A model generated the notes under the pieces. It saw only the letters and a list, made by a program, of their open reading frames with translations. It did not search any database and had not been told where the DNA came from. Below, piece after piece: positions 13,665 through 25,275 of a DNA stretch of 64,000 bases. The stretch comes from Vicugna vicugna. Lineage: Eukaryota. Both the position numbers and the translations under genes were made by a program. The first letter of the stretch is position 1. Every line of letters starts with the position of its first letter. The stretch is from contig MU058781.1 in the NCBI GenBank assembly GCA_013265495.1, forward strand, positions 3,845,050 to 3,909,049, given 5' to 3'.

Positions 13665-14195
13665 TTGGCAGGTACAGTGGGTTGCCCACCCAACAACTAT
13701 TTCCCCTTTTTCTTGCTCTCAGAACCCATTTCTTTTTTTAACCTGACAGTGTGCCCAGCTCCAGCAGATGATGTCATTGGCCTCCACCAGCCAGGGCTTT
13801 GGAATTTCTGTTCAACAATGACTGGCCCAGGGATGAGCATGGGACCCAATTCAGTCCACTAAGTCTTCGGCTGCTGAAGATTTCTGGGAAAATTGGTCCT
13901 TCCTGATGAAAGCGGGCAGCACGATGAGAAAGGCCTTTTGTCACGTCCCATTTCTTCCTATTTGGGCATTGCTGTGTGAGGAGACATGACGTTTGCAGCC
14001 GTGCCAGCCATTTGGGGACAGTGCCAGTTACTGGAAGAGGAGGGCAAGGAGGCAGCAGGAGCCCATCTTTGGCTGAAATGATGAGAATTATCTCCCTGCA
14101 GAATTGTCTTCCTCTAGACAACTTTTTTTATGACATAAACACAAACTACTTTTAGCCAGCTATTTCCTTCCTAGTAGTTGAAAGCATCCAACCTG
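13665..14195 (+). mobile_element. ERVL solo LTR (LTR16-like)
   Basis: gttgcccacccaacaactatttcccc...agaaccc...gggatgagcatgggacccaattcagtcca...gccagccatttggg resembles the LTR16 family. Confidence 0.6.
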
Positions 14196-14203
14196 CTCTC
14201 AGT

Positions 14204-14555
14204 TGCTGTGGTCTGAATGTCTGTGTTCCCCCTAAATTCATATATTGAAACCTACTGCCCAGTGTGATGATATTAGGAGATGGGACGTTTGGGAGCTGCT
14301 GAGGTCATGAGGGTGGAACTTTCATGAACAGGATTTGTGCTCCTATAAAAGAGACCCCAGAGAGAGCCCGTCTCCTTCTGCCCCATGAGCTTAGCGCAAA
14401 CAGACAGCTGCCTATGACTGGGAAGTGAGCACTCGCCAAGATGAATCTGCTGGCACCTTGATCTTGGACTTTCCAGCTTCCAGAACTGTCAGAAATAAAT
14501 GTTTGTTGTTTAAGCCAACTAGTATGTGGTATTTTAGCCCAAATGGATTAAGACA
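14204..14555 (+). mobile_element. MaLR solo LTR (MLT1A-like)
   Basis: TG...CA ends; tgctgtggtctgaatgtctgtgttccccctaaattcatat...cttgatcttggactttccagcttccagaactgtcagaaataaatgtttgttgtttaagcc...taagaca. Confidence 0.85.
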
Positions 14556-16541
14556 CAGGTATTTGAATAATTTAACATTTTGCTGCCACAAAAGTGGAAA
14601 CAGTCAAGATGAACACCAGGGATGTATGCCTTGGTTCGTCCCAGTGTCCCCGGAGGCTGAGCTGTCTTTCTGCTCCCTGGCATTTCAATCACTTTAATCA
14701 TCTGATTTGGTGCACATGTATTCCAGTTTTACAAATAAAGTCCCTGAAGAGAAAACAAAACCAAATTAAAAGTTTTCTTAAACAAATTGATCCTCTAAAA
14801 TCCTTTTGGAGTAAAAGTTGATGAAACAAATGTGCCTCTAGCGTTAGGGTGTTCAGGGCTGTTAAACCGGGCAAAAGTCCAAGAAGGAAAAAACCGCCAG
14901 TAAAAGCAGCCTGCAGGAGTGATTAGGGACGCAGGGAAGGAAGCTCAGATTGCAGCTCCAAAGCTGGGCTTTTGTGACAATAAGAGAGCCTTCAGAGCAG
15001 TGAGATGAGTTAATTTCCAGGCCACATTTTACAAATTGGCACCTCTTCAGTTTGCCTTCACCCAAACCTGCAACAGCCAACCACCACGTCCCACACAAAA
15101 CAGAAAAACGAAACAAGTCTTTGATGTGCACTCTCATCGGACAACAAAATGCCACAGCAGCGACCCTGATGGAATTTACACCTGGGCTGGGAGTGCTACC
15201 CTGGACCTGGAATGAAATACTTAACTAATTAATTCAACAAACATACTGCCCTTGGAGGGCAAGAGACTGTGCTAGCAGGGAAGAAGCCATGTTAGGGGCT
15301 ATAAGGGATTCAAAGAGAAGACACCCAGCTTTGTGGTTTAGGAGTTCTTATTCCTGACATATGTAAACACCACCCTGCACAAAATGCAAGGTAGAAAGCT
15401 CTGTAAGAGAGATGCAAGGTCATGGCTCTGGGAGCTCCCAGGAGGGAGAGATTCCATCTCACTAAAAGGATGAGAGATTGCTTCAATGGAGTGCAGGGGT
15501 CTGAAGCGAGCTTTGAAGGGTGGGTGCTATTTAAACCTCCCGAAAGCTGGAGAAAAGGGTACCCAAGCAGAATAATTTTGGGATTTCTACGTGACAGCCC
15601 TCATGGCCACAGATTTTCTGATGACCAGCAAGCATTTATTCTTTTGATCTGATTATTGTCTTCTGTACAAGTGAATTTATTATTGTCCCTGAAACCATGT
15701 ACTTACTAATAGACTATTTGCTATTCAAATAAAAGTAACCCCTGTCCTGTCACTACAGAAGGACCCTGATTTTAGTTCATCTGTGACATGAAAACAACGT
15801 AGTAGGCATCACAGCGGGAAAAGTGAGTTAGTGCCGGAGCATAGAGCATAGACAAGTTGGGAAAGGTCTCCTGTAGGCAATAGGGAGTTACAGAGTGTTC
15901 AGGAGCAAAATGTGGCATGTTCAAAGCCATGCCTTAGGGAGATGGAGTCAGAAGCAATGAGTGAGACGCAGTAGGTGAGGGGAGACGGAAGACCACATGA
16001 CCAGTTACAAAGCAATTATGGTATTTCAGATAAAAGTAGTGAAGTCCCTACTAGAATTATGAGAATGAAAGTGAGTAGAAGGGTAGGTTTGAAACTTAGA
16101 GAATGTGGCAAATCGCCAGATGGTGGAGAAAAATGTTCACCCAGGGTTTCCTCTATACTGTGAGTTTCTGAAAGGACAGAGCACACTCCCAGCCAACAGG
16201 TTTTGTTTTCATGAAAATCAAACTGTTCTAATGAATGTCTTTCCTGTTAAATGAGTTAACTGAAGCCCCTTGTGATGCTCTGATCTCCGTCAGCCTACAC
16301 AACAGGCAGCTTTGGAGGATTCCTGGCTCGCTGCCTTTCTCCGGCAAGCTGTCATTGAGGAAGCTGACAATGGCGCTGGTCTTGGCGACACTGGATATCC
16401 ATCCATGGGAACCTGGACTGGGACCAGCAGGCCTCTTAACTTCCAATACACTTCATTATTAATCACATTCTGCTTTAATATTTGCTCAGCTCTTTCGAAG
16501 GCAGTCTGGTAGAGAATGTCAAAGTGCATTCAAGTAAGGCC

Positions 16542-16545
16542 GTGT

Positions 16546-16579
<34 letters not shown>
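16542..16579. repeat. (TG)n microsatellite
   Basis: Read directly. Confidence 0.95.
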
Positions 16580-16582
<3 letters not shown>

Positions 16583-18414
16583 GTCACCTAGAGGATAAAG
16601 TCCCAGCTCCTCAGCTGGAAGGGTAAGGATCCCCTGAGGCTGCTAGTATTGAGAGTTACCAGGAAATGGGAAAAATCCAGGAGGGAAAAGAATTAAGCTG
16701 TGTGAGGTCCTGTTTACCAGGAAAGGATTTTTCCAGGGCTAGATTTTTACTATCCTGGGTTTTAATTTTACTAAAGAAAGTGACCTTTCCTTACAAAAGT
16801 CCATAGGGCCTGGTCTTTGCGACTGTCCCAGTATTATTTCCTGCCACTGGCCCCTAAACGCCCTGAATCCTGGCCACGCGGAATCAAGGTCTCAGAACTC
16901 GATACGCTGGCTCAGCGTCTCGGCGCCTTGTACCTGTTGTTTCCTCTACCTGAAATGACCCCCTTCCTTTATTACTTCAAGGACCAGTGGGAAAATTTCC
17001 TCCTTGGTGGCCCTCGAAACCTGAGGCCTGATCTGAGACTGCTACAGACCACCGACTCTCACCCTCCCCTGCCCTCTGCACGCTGCCTTCCCTCATGGCT
17101 GGGCTGCCTCTCCATCTTTGGCCTCACCCGGAGATTGAACGTGGAAGGAGCATTTGAATTGGCTAATGTTCATCAACAGGTTGTCGGCTAGAGTCTTGCT
17201 TAGTGGATTATTCTTCTCTTGATACATCTGTTCTAATTTTTTAAAAATCAGTGGCTTTTCTTCTTACTAGAGGTTCACATCTTGGGCACACCCCCTGGCC
17301 CCCATCCCCTGGCCCCTCTGCTGATTTAGATATCTGCGTATGTTCTAGTACAGACCTTTTGTTGGTAAGGACAAGAAGCCACTTGAATGAGAACAAAGAA
17401 GAGAAAATTTTTTTATAAGGACATGGCTACAGTGCAGCATCGAAGGGCAGAAAACCATCTAGGGCCAGCTCTCTGTGAACTAGGGCCTGGAACTGGGAAG
17501 CCATCCATTCAGAATCCCTTCCCCAGGCGTTTGCTGACTGCCCACCATGCCAGGTGCTATTCTGTGGCGGTGGGGTGGGGGTTGGGGGAGTTGGCATGAA
17601 AGGGCCAGGCATGTCCCTGGGGTCTGGGAGCTTGCGTTCTAGAGGGAGGTGGTGGACAGTACACATGTAAACGAATGACAATTTTAGAAGATGCTGTTTT
17701 GAAAACCATACAAAAGGGTAATGATGGGATGAGAAACGCGTACTGGGGCACTGTTGCAGACTGGGTGGTCAGAAAAGTTTCCTTTGAGTGGTTGATATTT
17801 GAGTGGGTAGCTGAAAACACAAGGAAGATGGGTCTGGAAGAAGAACATTCCAAGTTAGAAAATAAATGGGCAGGGGACTCAGACTGGAATGCACTTGATG
17901 TGTTCAGAGAACAGAAAGAAAGCCTGTGAGGCCGCCCTTTAGAGGCACAGAACCCTAGTCTCCGTTTCTCTCTTTGCAGTTGTGTGTCTTCCTCGTGCCC
18001 GGGGTAGGGGAGCATGGCGGTCAGCCCTGGTCAGGCAGCACCCACCCCAGCTCCAGCCACTTCCACCTGCCCATCCCTGTCTCTTCTTTAGGGACCAAGA
18101 ATCTTATCCACCCTGGTTCTTCTTCATCAGCACCGACTCCTTTGAGGCAGGCTAGAAACCTAGAAGACATTCTTGGCACACTCCTGTCCCTCATGTCCCA
18201 GAGGGAACCCCTTCCCAAGATTTCATTCTTCCTCCAAAAGGCCTCTTTAGTCTTTTCCCTTCTCTCCGCCTCTTCTGTACCACCTGCCCAGTCCAACTCA
18301 AAATCATCTCTCACCTGATCTACTGAATTGATGTGTCTCCCTGTTTTCATCTTGCTCACCACAAATCCCCTCTCCACAAACTAGAGTGGTCTTCAAAACA
18401 TTGCTACTTGGTTA

Positions 18415-18620
18415 GGAGGATGGGATTAACAGATACACACCACTATATATAAAACAGATAAATAATAAGGATTTACTCTAGGGCACAGGGAATTATATTC
18501 AATATTTTGCAATAACCTATAATGGAAAAGAATTTGAAAAGGAATATATATATATAACTGAAGCACTTTGCTATACACCTGAAACTAGCACAATATTGTA
18601 AATCAACTCTACTTCAATGT
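18415..18620 (+). mobile_element. Cetartiodactyl L1 3'UTR tail
   Basis: ttaacagatacacaccactatatataaaacagataa...gcacagggaattatattcaata...acacctgaaacta...ttgtaaatcaactctacttcaat. Confidence 0.8.
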
Positions 18621-19040
18621 GAAGAATTGCTCACTGGGGAGACAGCTTCATTTGTAGTGATGCTGCCTGTTAGAAGCTTTGGGGTGGATTTTTCAGACTC
18701 TGTCTCCTTCCTGGGAAATTTGATACCTCTCTGCGTTCTCTGGGTTCTTTGGTTTTGTGAATGGTGTGGTGGCAGAAACATTGAGAACCACCCTTCCAGC
18801 CCAGTATTTTGGGATTCACTGTCAGCTCATTCTTAGCATAGCCTTAATCTTGTCCCCTGTTGTAATTACTGTGTTATTCCTCTCCCGGTGCCTCCCTGCA
18901 TCTGCCCTTGATTCCTTTGTGGACCACTTACCTACGCTACCATTATTAGCCATTGACCATGAAGGTGTTCTGCCCACTAGAAAAGGTTCTTCCCAGGAGC
19001 TGCATCTGTACCTGTTGAAACCCTCCCTGTGCTCTCTGCC

Positions 19041-19179
19041 TAGGGTTTCCTGATTGAAAAAAAAAAAAAAATAGAGGATGCCCAGTTAAATCTGAATCTC
19101 AGATAAACACAAACAATAAATGTTTTAGTATTGGTATGTCCCAAATATTTCACGTCCTGTATTTTATCTGGTAACACTA
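19041..19179. mobile_element. MER53-like palindromic hAT MITE, internally deleted
   Basis: tagggtttcctgat...ggatgcccagttaaatctgaatctcagataaaca...gtcctgtattttatctggtaacacta. Confidence 0.75.
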
Positions 19180-21789
19180 TCCTGCCCTTTGCCTGGAGTC
19201 TTCTCCACCCCACTGAGCACAGTTTGTCCCCCACCTCCACCCCTGCCTAAGCTGCCCTGTCTGGCTACAGTTAACGAGCCTGCGTCTGAGTCTTTCATGT
19301 GATCAGTGCCTGTCTAGCAAAGCGAGGTGCGCTCTCAGAGTGACAGTGAGGCATCAGTGGAAAAGCTGCCCTTTGTCTTTCCTTCACATCGCGTGCCTCA
19401 TCCACAAAGAGCCTGTTTGGTCACAACACCCATGGCTTTGATGGCGTAGAGTTCTTCATTTATAATGTTCAAAAGATCTAGTCACAAAGGGGGCCTTTCA
19501 AATCGTTTTCCTGTTACAATGTTGTGTACAGCACATGGTTCCCTTTGATACCAGTTGTAGTCTCTCACTCTAAAAGTATTACAGCATTCAAGCTGCATCG
19601 AACCTTTGATCAACGAGCTTTACTGAACGATCTAATTCCAACTTATGAAATCCTTTACTGGGGATAAGGCAAGCTTCCATACTCTCGTTTTATAGACGAG
19701 GAAACTAGAAACAAATCATTTCCATTCTGCTAAGACCTAATTTGCAGCTGTTTCAGGGATCAATAAGTAAATGAACTGTGAATTTAAAACGTCATATTGG
19801 AACTGGTTTATATTCTGACACATTTTTGCCTCTGGAATGAGATCAGCTGTGAGTGTGGAGAAGGTCTGATGACAGGGAGCCCCGAAAAGAGGCGTGAGCC
19901 TCTATTCATCACCCGAGAAAAGGAAGCAGCTTCTCTACGCTGTCCCGAATACATTTTTGAACACAGCCCAAAGTTAATTTATTCGAAACAAAATTCATTT
20001 AAATCAGATTAAAGCACATCAAAAGTTTACTTTAATGCGATCTGGTCGATATCAAATTATACTTTTGGCTGAGAGAGTTTGTTGGATTTCTCCGTAGGGA
20101 GCTCTTGGCAAAGAACTATGATGAATTTGTTTGTTTAACTCTCTGCTTCCCTGCTATTTTCCTCATTGGCACATTTAAACTGGGCTGCAAGATAATCACC
20201 AGGGGCTAAGAAAGATGAATAAGACAGTGCTTCTCAATCCCATCTACTTTACCTATATTCTCCAGGATTCTAACAGGGTATGTTAATTACCAGCAAATTT
20301 CTCACACTGATACTGATATGTCAGATAGCTCAGTGGTTAACTACATCGCCACTTCCAGTTACTGACAATAGTTTTTGCAATATCTGGTTAAATAACAAGG
20401 TAATTCCAAAATTCATCTTGTCTTTGTGGAACAGATTGTAGTGAGAAGTTAGTCCTCCTTCAGTCAGATAAGAAATCATGGAACTCTTTGGCATTGGTAA
20501 GAAAGCTGGCTAGAGCCATTTGGTAATTTAGAGCCTTGTGTCAACCAATACATTGTACAAAGTGTTCATTTCCAGTTAGCTGACATTCTTGTCATTTGGC
20601 TGGATCTTTTATTTCTCTAAGAGATTCACTGTGATGAAGAAATTAAGAATGTTAATTGGGCATCTCTTGGTGCCTTTGAAACAAATATGATTAAAACTCT
20701 CCTGTATGGCTACAAGTTTTTCAGTCCAAGGGACCCAAGAATCTTCTTTGAGCAAAGATGTCCATCCGCTTAGGAGCAGTGTATAAAGGAGTGTGTTTTT
20801 CTCTACTTGCGGGGATATGATAATCAATATTGGCCTTTTAAGCAGATTTGCCTAGTGACCTGGGATGGGTTTTGGGAGGAGAGGCATTTGTGAGCTCTGA
20901 ATTTTTGGTTTCTGTAGACTCTGCAGAATGTTTTCTTTTTCCAGCCTTCTGAATGCCTGGAACTGGGTTTTTCCAATCAAATTTTAAAACTATCCATGAA
21001 GAAAGCTAATTGAAAGACAGACAACAGAAGTATATATTTTTTCATGTATTTTGAATAGGTTGATATCCTCTCATTAAACAATGTCAGAATATGACTAGAA
21101 GGCAGGGGTCAAAGGGGATATCACTTAATGAGGTTGTGATGAGAGAACACTGAAGTTTGGTCTTTTTCTCTGCTTATTCCCAAACTCATGGCTTAATGAG
21201 ATAAAACATTTGAGCTCAAGCTCTCAAATAACTTAAAGGAATTTCCTAGTGTGTAGTGCTTGAGAGTCTAGTAATTTGGCTACTAAATAACCATGTGACC
21301 TTGGACACAGTGTGCAATAATTATTAGCTATTATTAAGATTTATAATTGAGAAAGAAATAAGGCTTTGGGTAGACAAATTCCAAATTATAGAACAGAAAA
21401 ATTCTTATACAAATGTTTCAGTAGGGATATCTTATTTATTTTACACAATAAGGATTTGACAAAAATATATAGAATGGAAACCACTGGAGGATATATGTTA
21501 CATTTTGTTAAAAGTGGAAATTTTATTATTTATCAAAATGAAATTATAATGAATGCTGATGTGTTAATTGAAAATTTTTGTTTATTTTGCTGTTTTAAAA
21601 TGGATCAAAATATCTCTTTGATTTTGATAATAATTTTATAACAAGTTTAGGGCTGAGGAGAATTCAATTTTGATGGCTCAGTCATAGTTCCAAACTGCTT
21701 ATTTAAAGGAAGATGAAAGATTTGTTACAGAGATTAACTTGGAATTGAGGGTTAATAGTATAAGTGACAGACCTGATAAAGTGTAATAA

Positions 21790-22020
21790 AAATAATAGCT
21801 AAATTTTATTTAACATTATATATGATCAGGCATCACAATTAGAGTTTTTCAAACATTCACTTCTCTCATTCTCACAACAACTCAATGAAGTAAGTACCAG
21901 TATGATGCCCATTTTACAGTTGTGGAAACTGAGGACCAGATGTATTAAACTGCTTGCCTGGGTCATGTAGCTGATAAAGACGAGCTGGAATTCAGGCCCA
22001 GGTAATCTACTTTCAGTGTC
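21790..22020 (-). mobile_element. MIR SINE
   Basis: ctcacaacaactcaatgaagtaagta...cccattttacagttgtggaaactgagg...gagctggaattcaggcccagg. Confidence 0.75.
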
Positions 22021-22254
22021 TGTGGTAAAATCTTTCTAAAATATAAACAAATGAGCTAATATTTGTATATACCATTTTTCTAATAAGTTGAAAATATTTA
22101 AAAATAAATTGCTAGATTATGGCACATATATGAATTGGGAAGAATTAAAAAATTTTTTTATTATTGGGAAGCATTAATGAGGTAATTATATTTTGTTTTA
22201 ACTAAAAGTTAGCTTTAGATTTATGATGATTTTTAACATAAACACCAGTACTAA

Positions 22255-22545
22255 AATAGGCCTGTCCAATATGCCACATATGTAATTTAAAAATTTCTAG
22301 TAAACGTGTTAAGGTGAAAAGATACTGTAATAATTTTATTGATACATTTTATTTAACCCAATATATTAAATCATCATGTAGTCAATATAAGGGTTACTAA
22401 TGAGATATACTTTTTGGGGATTATTGTTCCAAGTCTTCAAAATCAGGTATGTATTTTGCATTTCCTAAACATGTCAGTTTGGCCTGGTCCATTTCAAGTG
22501 CTAAATAGCCACATGGGGCTAGTGGCTGTGAAGTGGACGGTGCAA
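22255..22545. mobile_element. MER33/MER3-like hAT-Charlie element
   Basis: ctgtccaata...ttttatttaacccaatatat...catttcaagtgctaaatagccacatggggctagtggct...ggacggtgca. Confidence 0.75.
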
Positions 22546-23039
22546 TTCTAGAATATATTTTTAGGAAAGTAAATTTATCATTTTATATATTTCAAAAATG
22601 GTGAGAGAAAGGCCAGTCATCCATCCACACAATAATTTCTCAGCTCTACTACCTTCATTTCCAATTTACCTTACTGGGTTAGTGGCTGCTACTTAACCTG
22701 TTCAGGTGCTATGCCCTGGCAGGTAAGGTGACACATTTTAGAAGGCTGGTTTCCTTACAATCTTATGATTTTGTCTAAGAGCTAGAGTGGAGTAGACTTT
22801 AAGATTAAACTAAATCTCCTTGGGAAAAGTGAATGTCTGAAGAATACCTCACAGCATAAGGCAGAACCAGGTCACTACGGAATTCACTCAGTGTGGACCC
22901 CATGTGGGCTTTCCCAAGCTTCAGCCTCTGGGGGCAGGGATGGCCAACTCAATAGCCCTTCCTGTTCTGTATTCAGTTCTCTACCAGGCAACAGTGTATA
23001 GGTCAACCAACATTTATTAAGGATCTTTTTGATCTGTCA

Positions 23040-23545
23040 TTGACAAATTACTAATACATGCTCAATGGAAAAAAATCAAACAAACTAATAGTAGAATTCT
23101 TCAATTCTGAAGCCATAGTTTCAGTGATAACCACTATTAACAATTAGGTACGTATTTTTCCAGACTTTTATTTATATATGTCTACATTTCTATCCATCTA
23201 GAATTTCTTTGACAGAGATGGGATCACCTGATTTATATTGTTCTGAAGCCTCTCTTTTGTATTTAATAAGAAATCAATATCTTTCTATGTATTATATATA
23301 TTTTATTCTTTTTAATGGCTACATAGTATTACATGGTATGAGTGTGCCAAATTTATGCAACCACATCACTGCTGATGGACATACAAGTTGTTTCAAAGTT
23401 TTGCTATTATAAAATTGCTACAATGCACACCCTTACACATCTATCATTGTACACTTATGCATTTCTGCATGACAAATTTCTGAGAATTCAGATAGCTGGG
23501 TGAAAGGTACGTGCATTTTAAATTTTGACAAGTACTGTCAAACTG
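23040..23545 (-). mobile_element. Ancient L1 (L1ME-like) 3' fragment
   Basis: ttctttttaatggctacatagtatt...ctgatggacatacaagttgtttcaa...ttttgctattataaa...gctgggtgaaagg. Confidence 0.6.
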
Positions 23546-24329
23546 CTTAACAGCCTGTGGGATAAACCTTGTCTCTTGACTTCAGCTGGAAGTACCAATG
23601 TTCCCAGTACAGGGAAGTGGCCAACCTTTCTGAGGAACAAGCTCTTTCTATTCTCCACCATAAAATGAATCTTCTATTTTCATTAATTAATACATGTAGC
23701 TTCCATCGGTAATAACGTTGTTCTGCTTTATGGCTCCTCAGATAGATAGCAAACCCAGAAAACATCAGCTACCTCGGGATTTTATTATAAGTTATTGACA
23801 TTCCTTTCGTGATTCACAAGTGCCAGAAAATAAATGTCACAGTCCTGCGGTCTACATGAAGACGCTGGAGGTTTTGGGTTCTGTAACTGATCTTTCAAGA
23901 AAACATGGTATGGGTGATGACTCACCCCGTGGTAGCTGTCCTCTAGCTCTGTGCTTTAGAGGAAACATTACTGTGGGTGTACTAGTACTTTTCCCTCCTC
24001 TCCAGGAATTTCCTTAGGAGAGGGTGTCCAGCCTGCGCCAAGGTTAGCCTCACCCTTATCTCCTCCGGAGCACCATGGCCTGCAGTGTCTGGTCAGGGCT
24101 TGGCACAGAGAAAGCCAGCGCTCATGGTAGACGCTTAGCAGTCACAGCCAGTAGCTGAGCAGTGGCAGCAGCTGAGATTCACACTGCGGCCCGAAAGTTG
24201 TTTTAGCGCGTGAGGTCACAAGCGTATCCTGTGTTTACAATACAAAACAAAGCCCCCTGCTCTCTCTTTCCTACTGGCGCCCTCAAGAAGACAGGTATCC
24301 GATTTGGGTGGAAGGAGCCCGGACCCAGC

Positions 24330-25275
24330 TGAGGAGAAGCTTGGTCAAAGAGAGGGGAGGCCGAGGAGGAGGCGCGGTGCCGCTTGGCAGCTCCGAGCGC
24401 GCTGCGGCAGTGGCAACAGGAGCGCCCAGAACCAGTTGCTCAACACTTGATCAGTTTGCACTGCTTTCTCCTTTCTTCAGTGAATTTCCATTTTGAGGGT
24501 ACGGCTCCTTAGACGAAAGGTGTGGCGGCGGGGTGGGGTGGGGGAGTTCTTTGGAAGGTCCAGTGTGGGGAGCCAAAGGCGGCGCCTACTAGGATGCAAA
24601 TAGAAATTAGCCCTGGGCTGGCTCCTCTCGCCCCGCTTCCCCTCTTGCTGAGGCGAGACTACTGGTTTGGCGACGGAGCCAGAGAGAGGGGTGTGTTTGC
24701 GGTGGTGGCGGCTCCTTGAGGGCTCCTTGTCCCCTCGGAGCAGACAGACTGCTGCGGAGAAGGGCGGGGGGTCCCGGCGGCGGCCCGCTGGGTCCCGCAC
24801 CCCGGGTGCCCGAGGGTCCCCACTGGGCTCCGGGCCCCGGGCGGTTGCCATGGTGACGCAGGGTCGGCGGCTCCGCGCAGTGGAAACAAAGCCGCGCGCC
24901 CGCTCGCCCGCCCGCTGCTCGCCCGAGCTCCTCCTCCGCCGGCGCCTCCCTCCCCTCACAGGCGCCGCCGCCACGGCCCCCGGAGCGGCTCCCGGCCCCG
25001 CGCGCGCCGCCACCGCCACCGCCACGGCCACCGCCAGCCCCTGAGGGGCGCGTCCCCGCCGGGAGGCGGTCTCCCCGGCCGCCCCGCAACCTCGGACGGC
25101 GCCCGGGGCACGGCGGCGGGGGCGGGCGGCAAACTTCTCGGCCAGCTCGGACCCGAGCGTCCTCCCGGCACGACAGCCGGCCCGGTCGCGGGTCCGCTCA
25201 ACGGCGTGCGGGGCGCGGGGCTGCCCGGAGCCGGCCGGGCGCTCGCGGGGTGCGGCTGTGCACGGAGGCAGGGTG
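24330..25275 (+). promoter_or_regulatory. RNF182: CpG island: RNF182 promoter and non-coding first exon(s)
   Basis: Only extended GC- and CpG-dense tract outside the coding exon, with GC boxes and GCC/GCCACC repeats, ~29 kb upstream of the CDS. TSS and exon-1 donor not resolved; candidate donor GTs at 25250 and 25314. Confidence 0.85.
24844..24860 (+). promoter_or_regulatory. RFX X-box (GTTGCCATGGTGAC) overlapping a CRE-like TGACGCA
   Basis: 12/14 match to the palindromic RFX consensus GTTGCCATGGCAAC at 24844-24857; TGACGCA at 24854-24860; inside the CpG island. Confidence 0.6.

Noticed and set aside
24066..24086. Partial REST/NRSE-like motif (ggAGCACCATGGcctgc)
   Set aside because: Mismatches at key positions in both half sites (TCAG and GGACAG).
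24477..25201. Several 65-184 aa ORFs on both strands of the CpG island
   Set aside because: Stop-poor GC-rich DNA giving low-complexity Ala/Gly/Pro/Arg peptides; only the possible uORF is kept as a lead.
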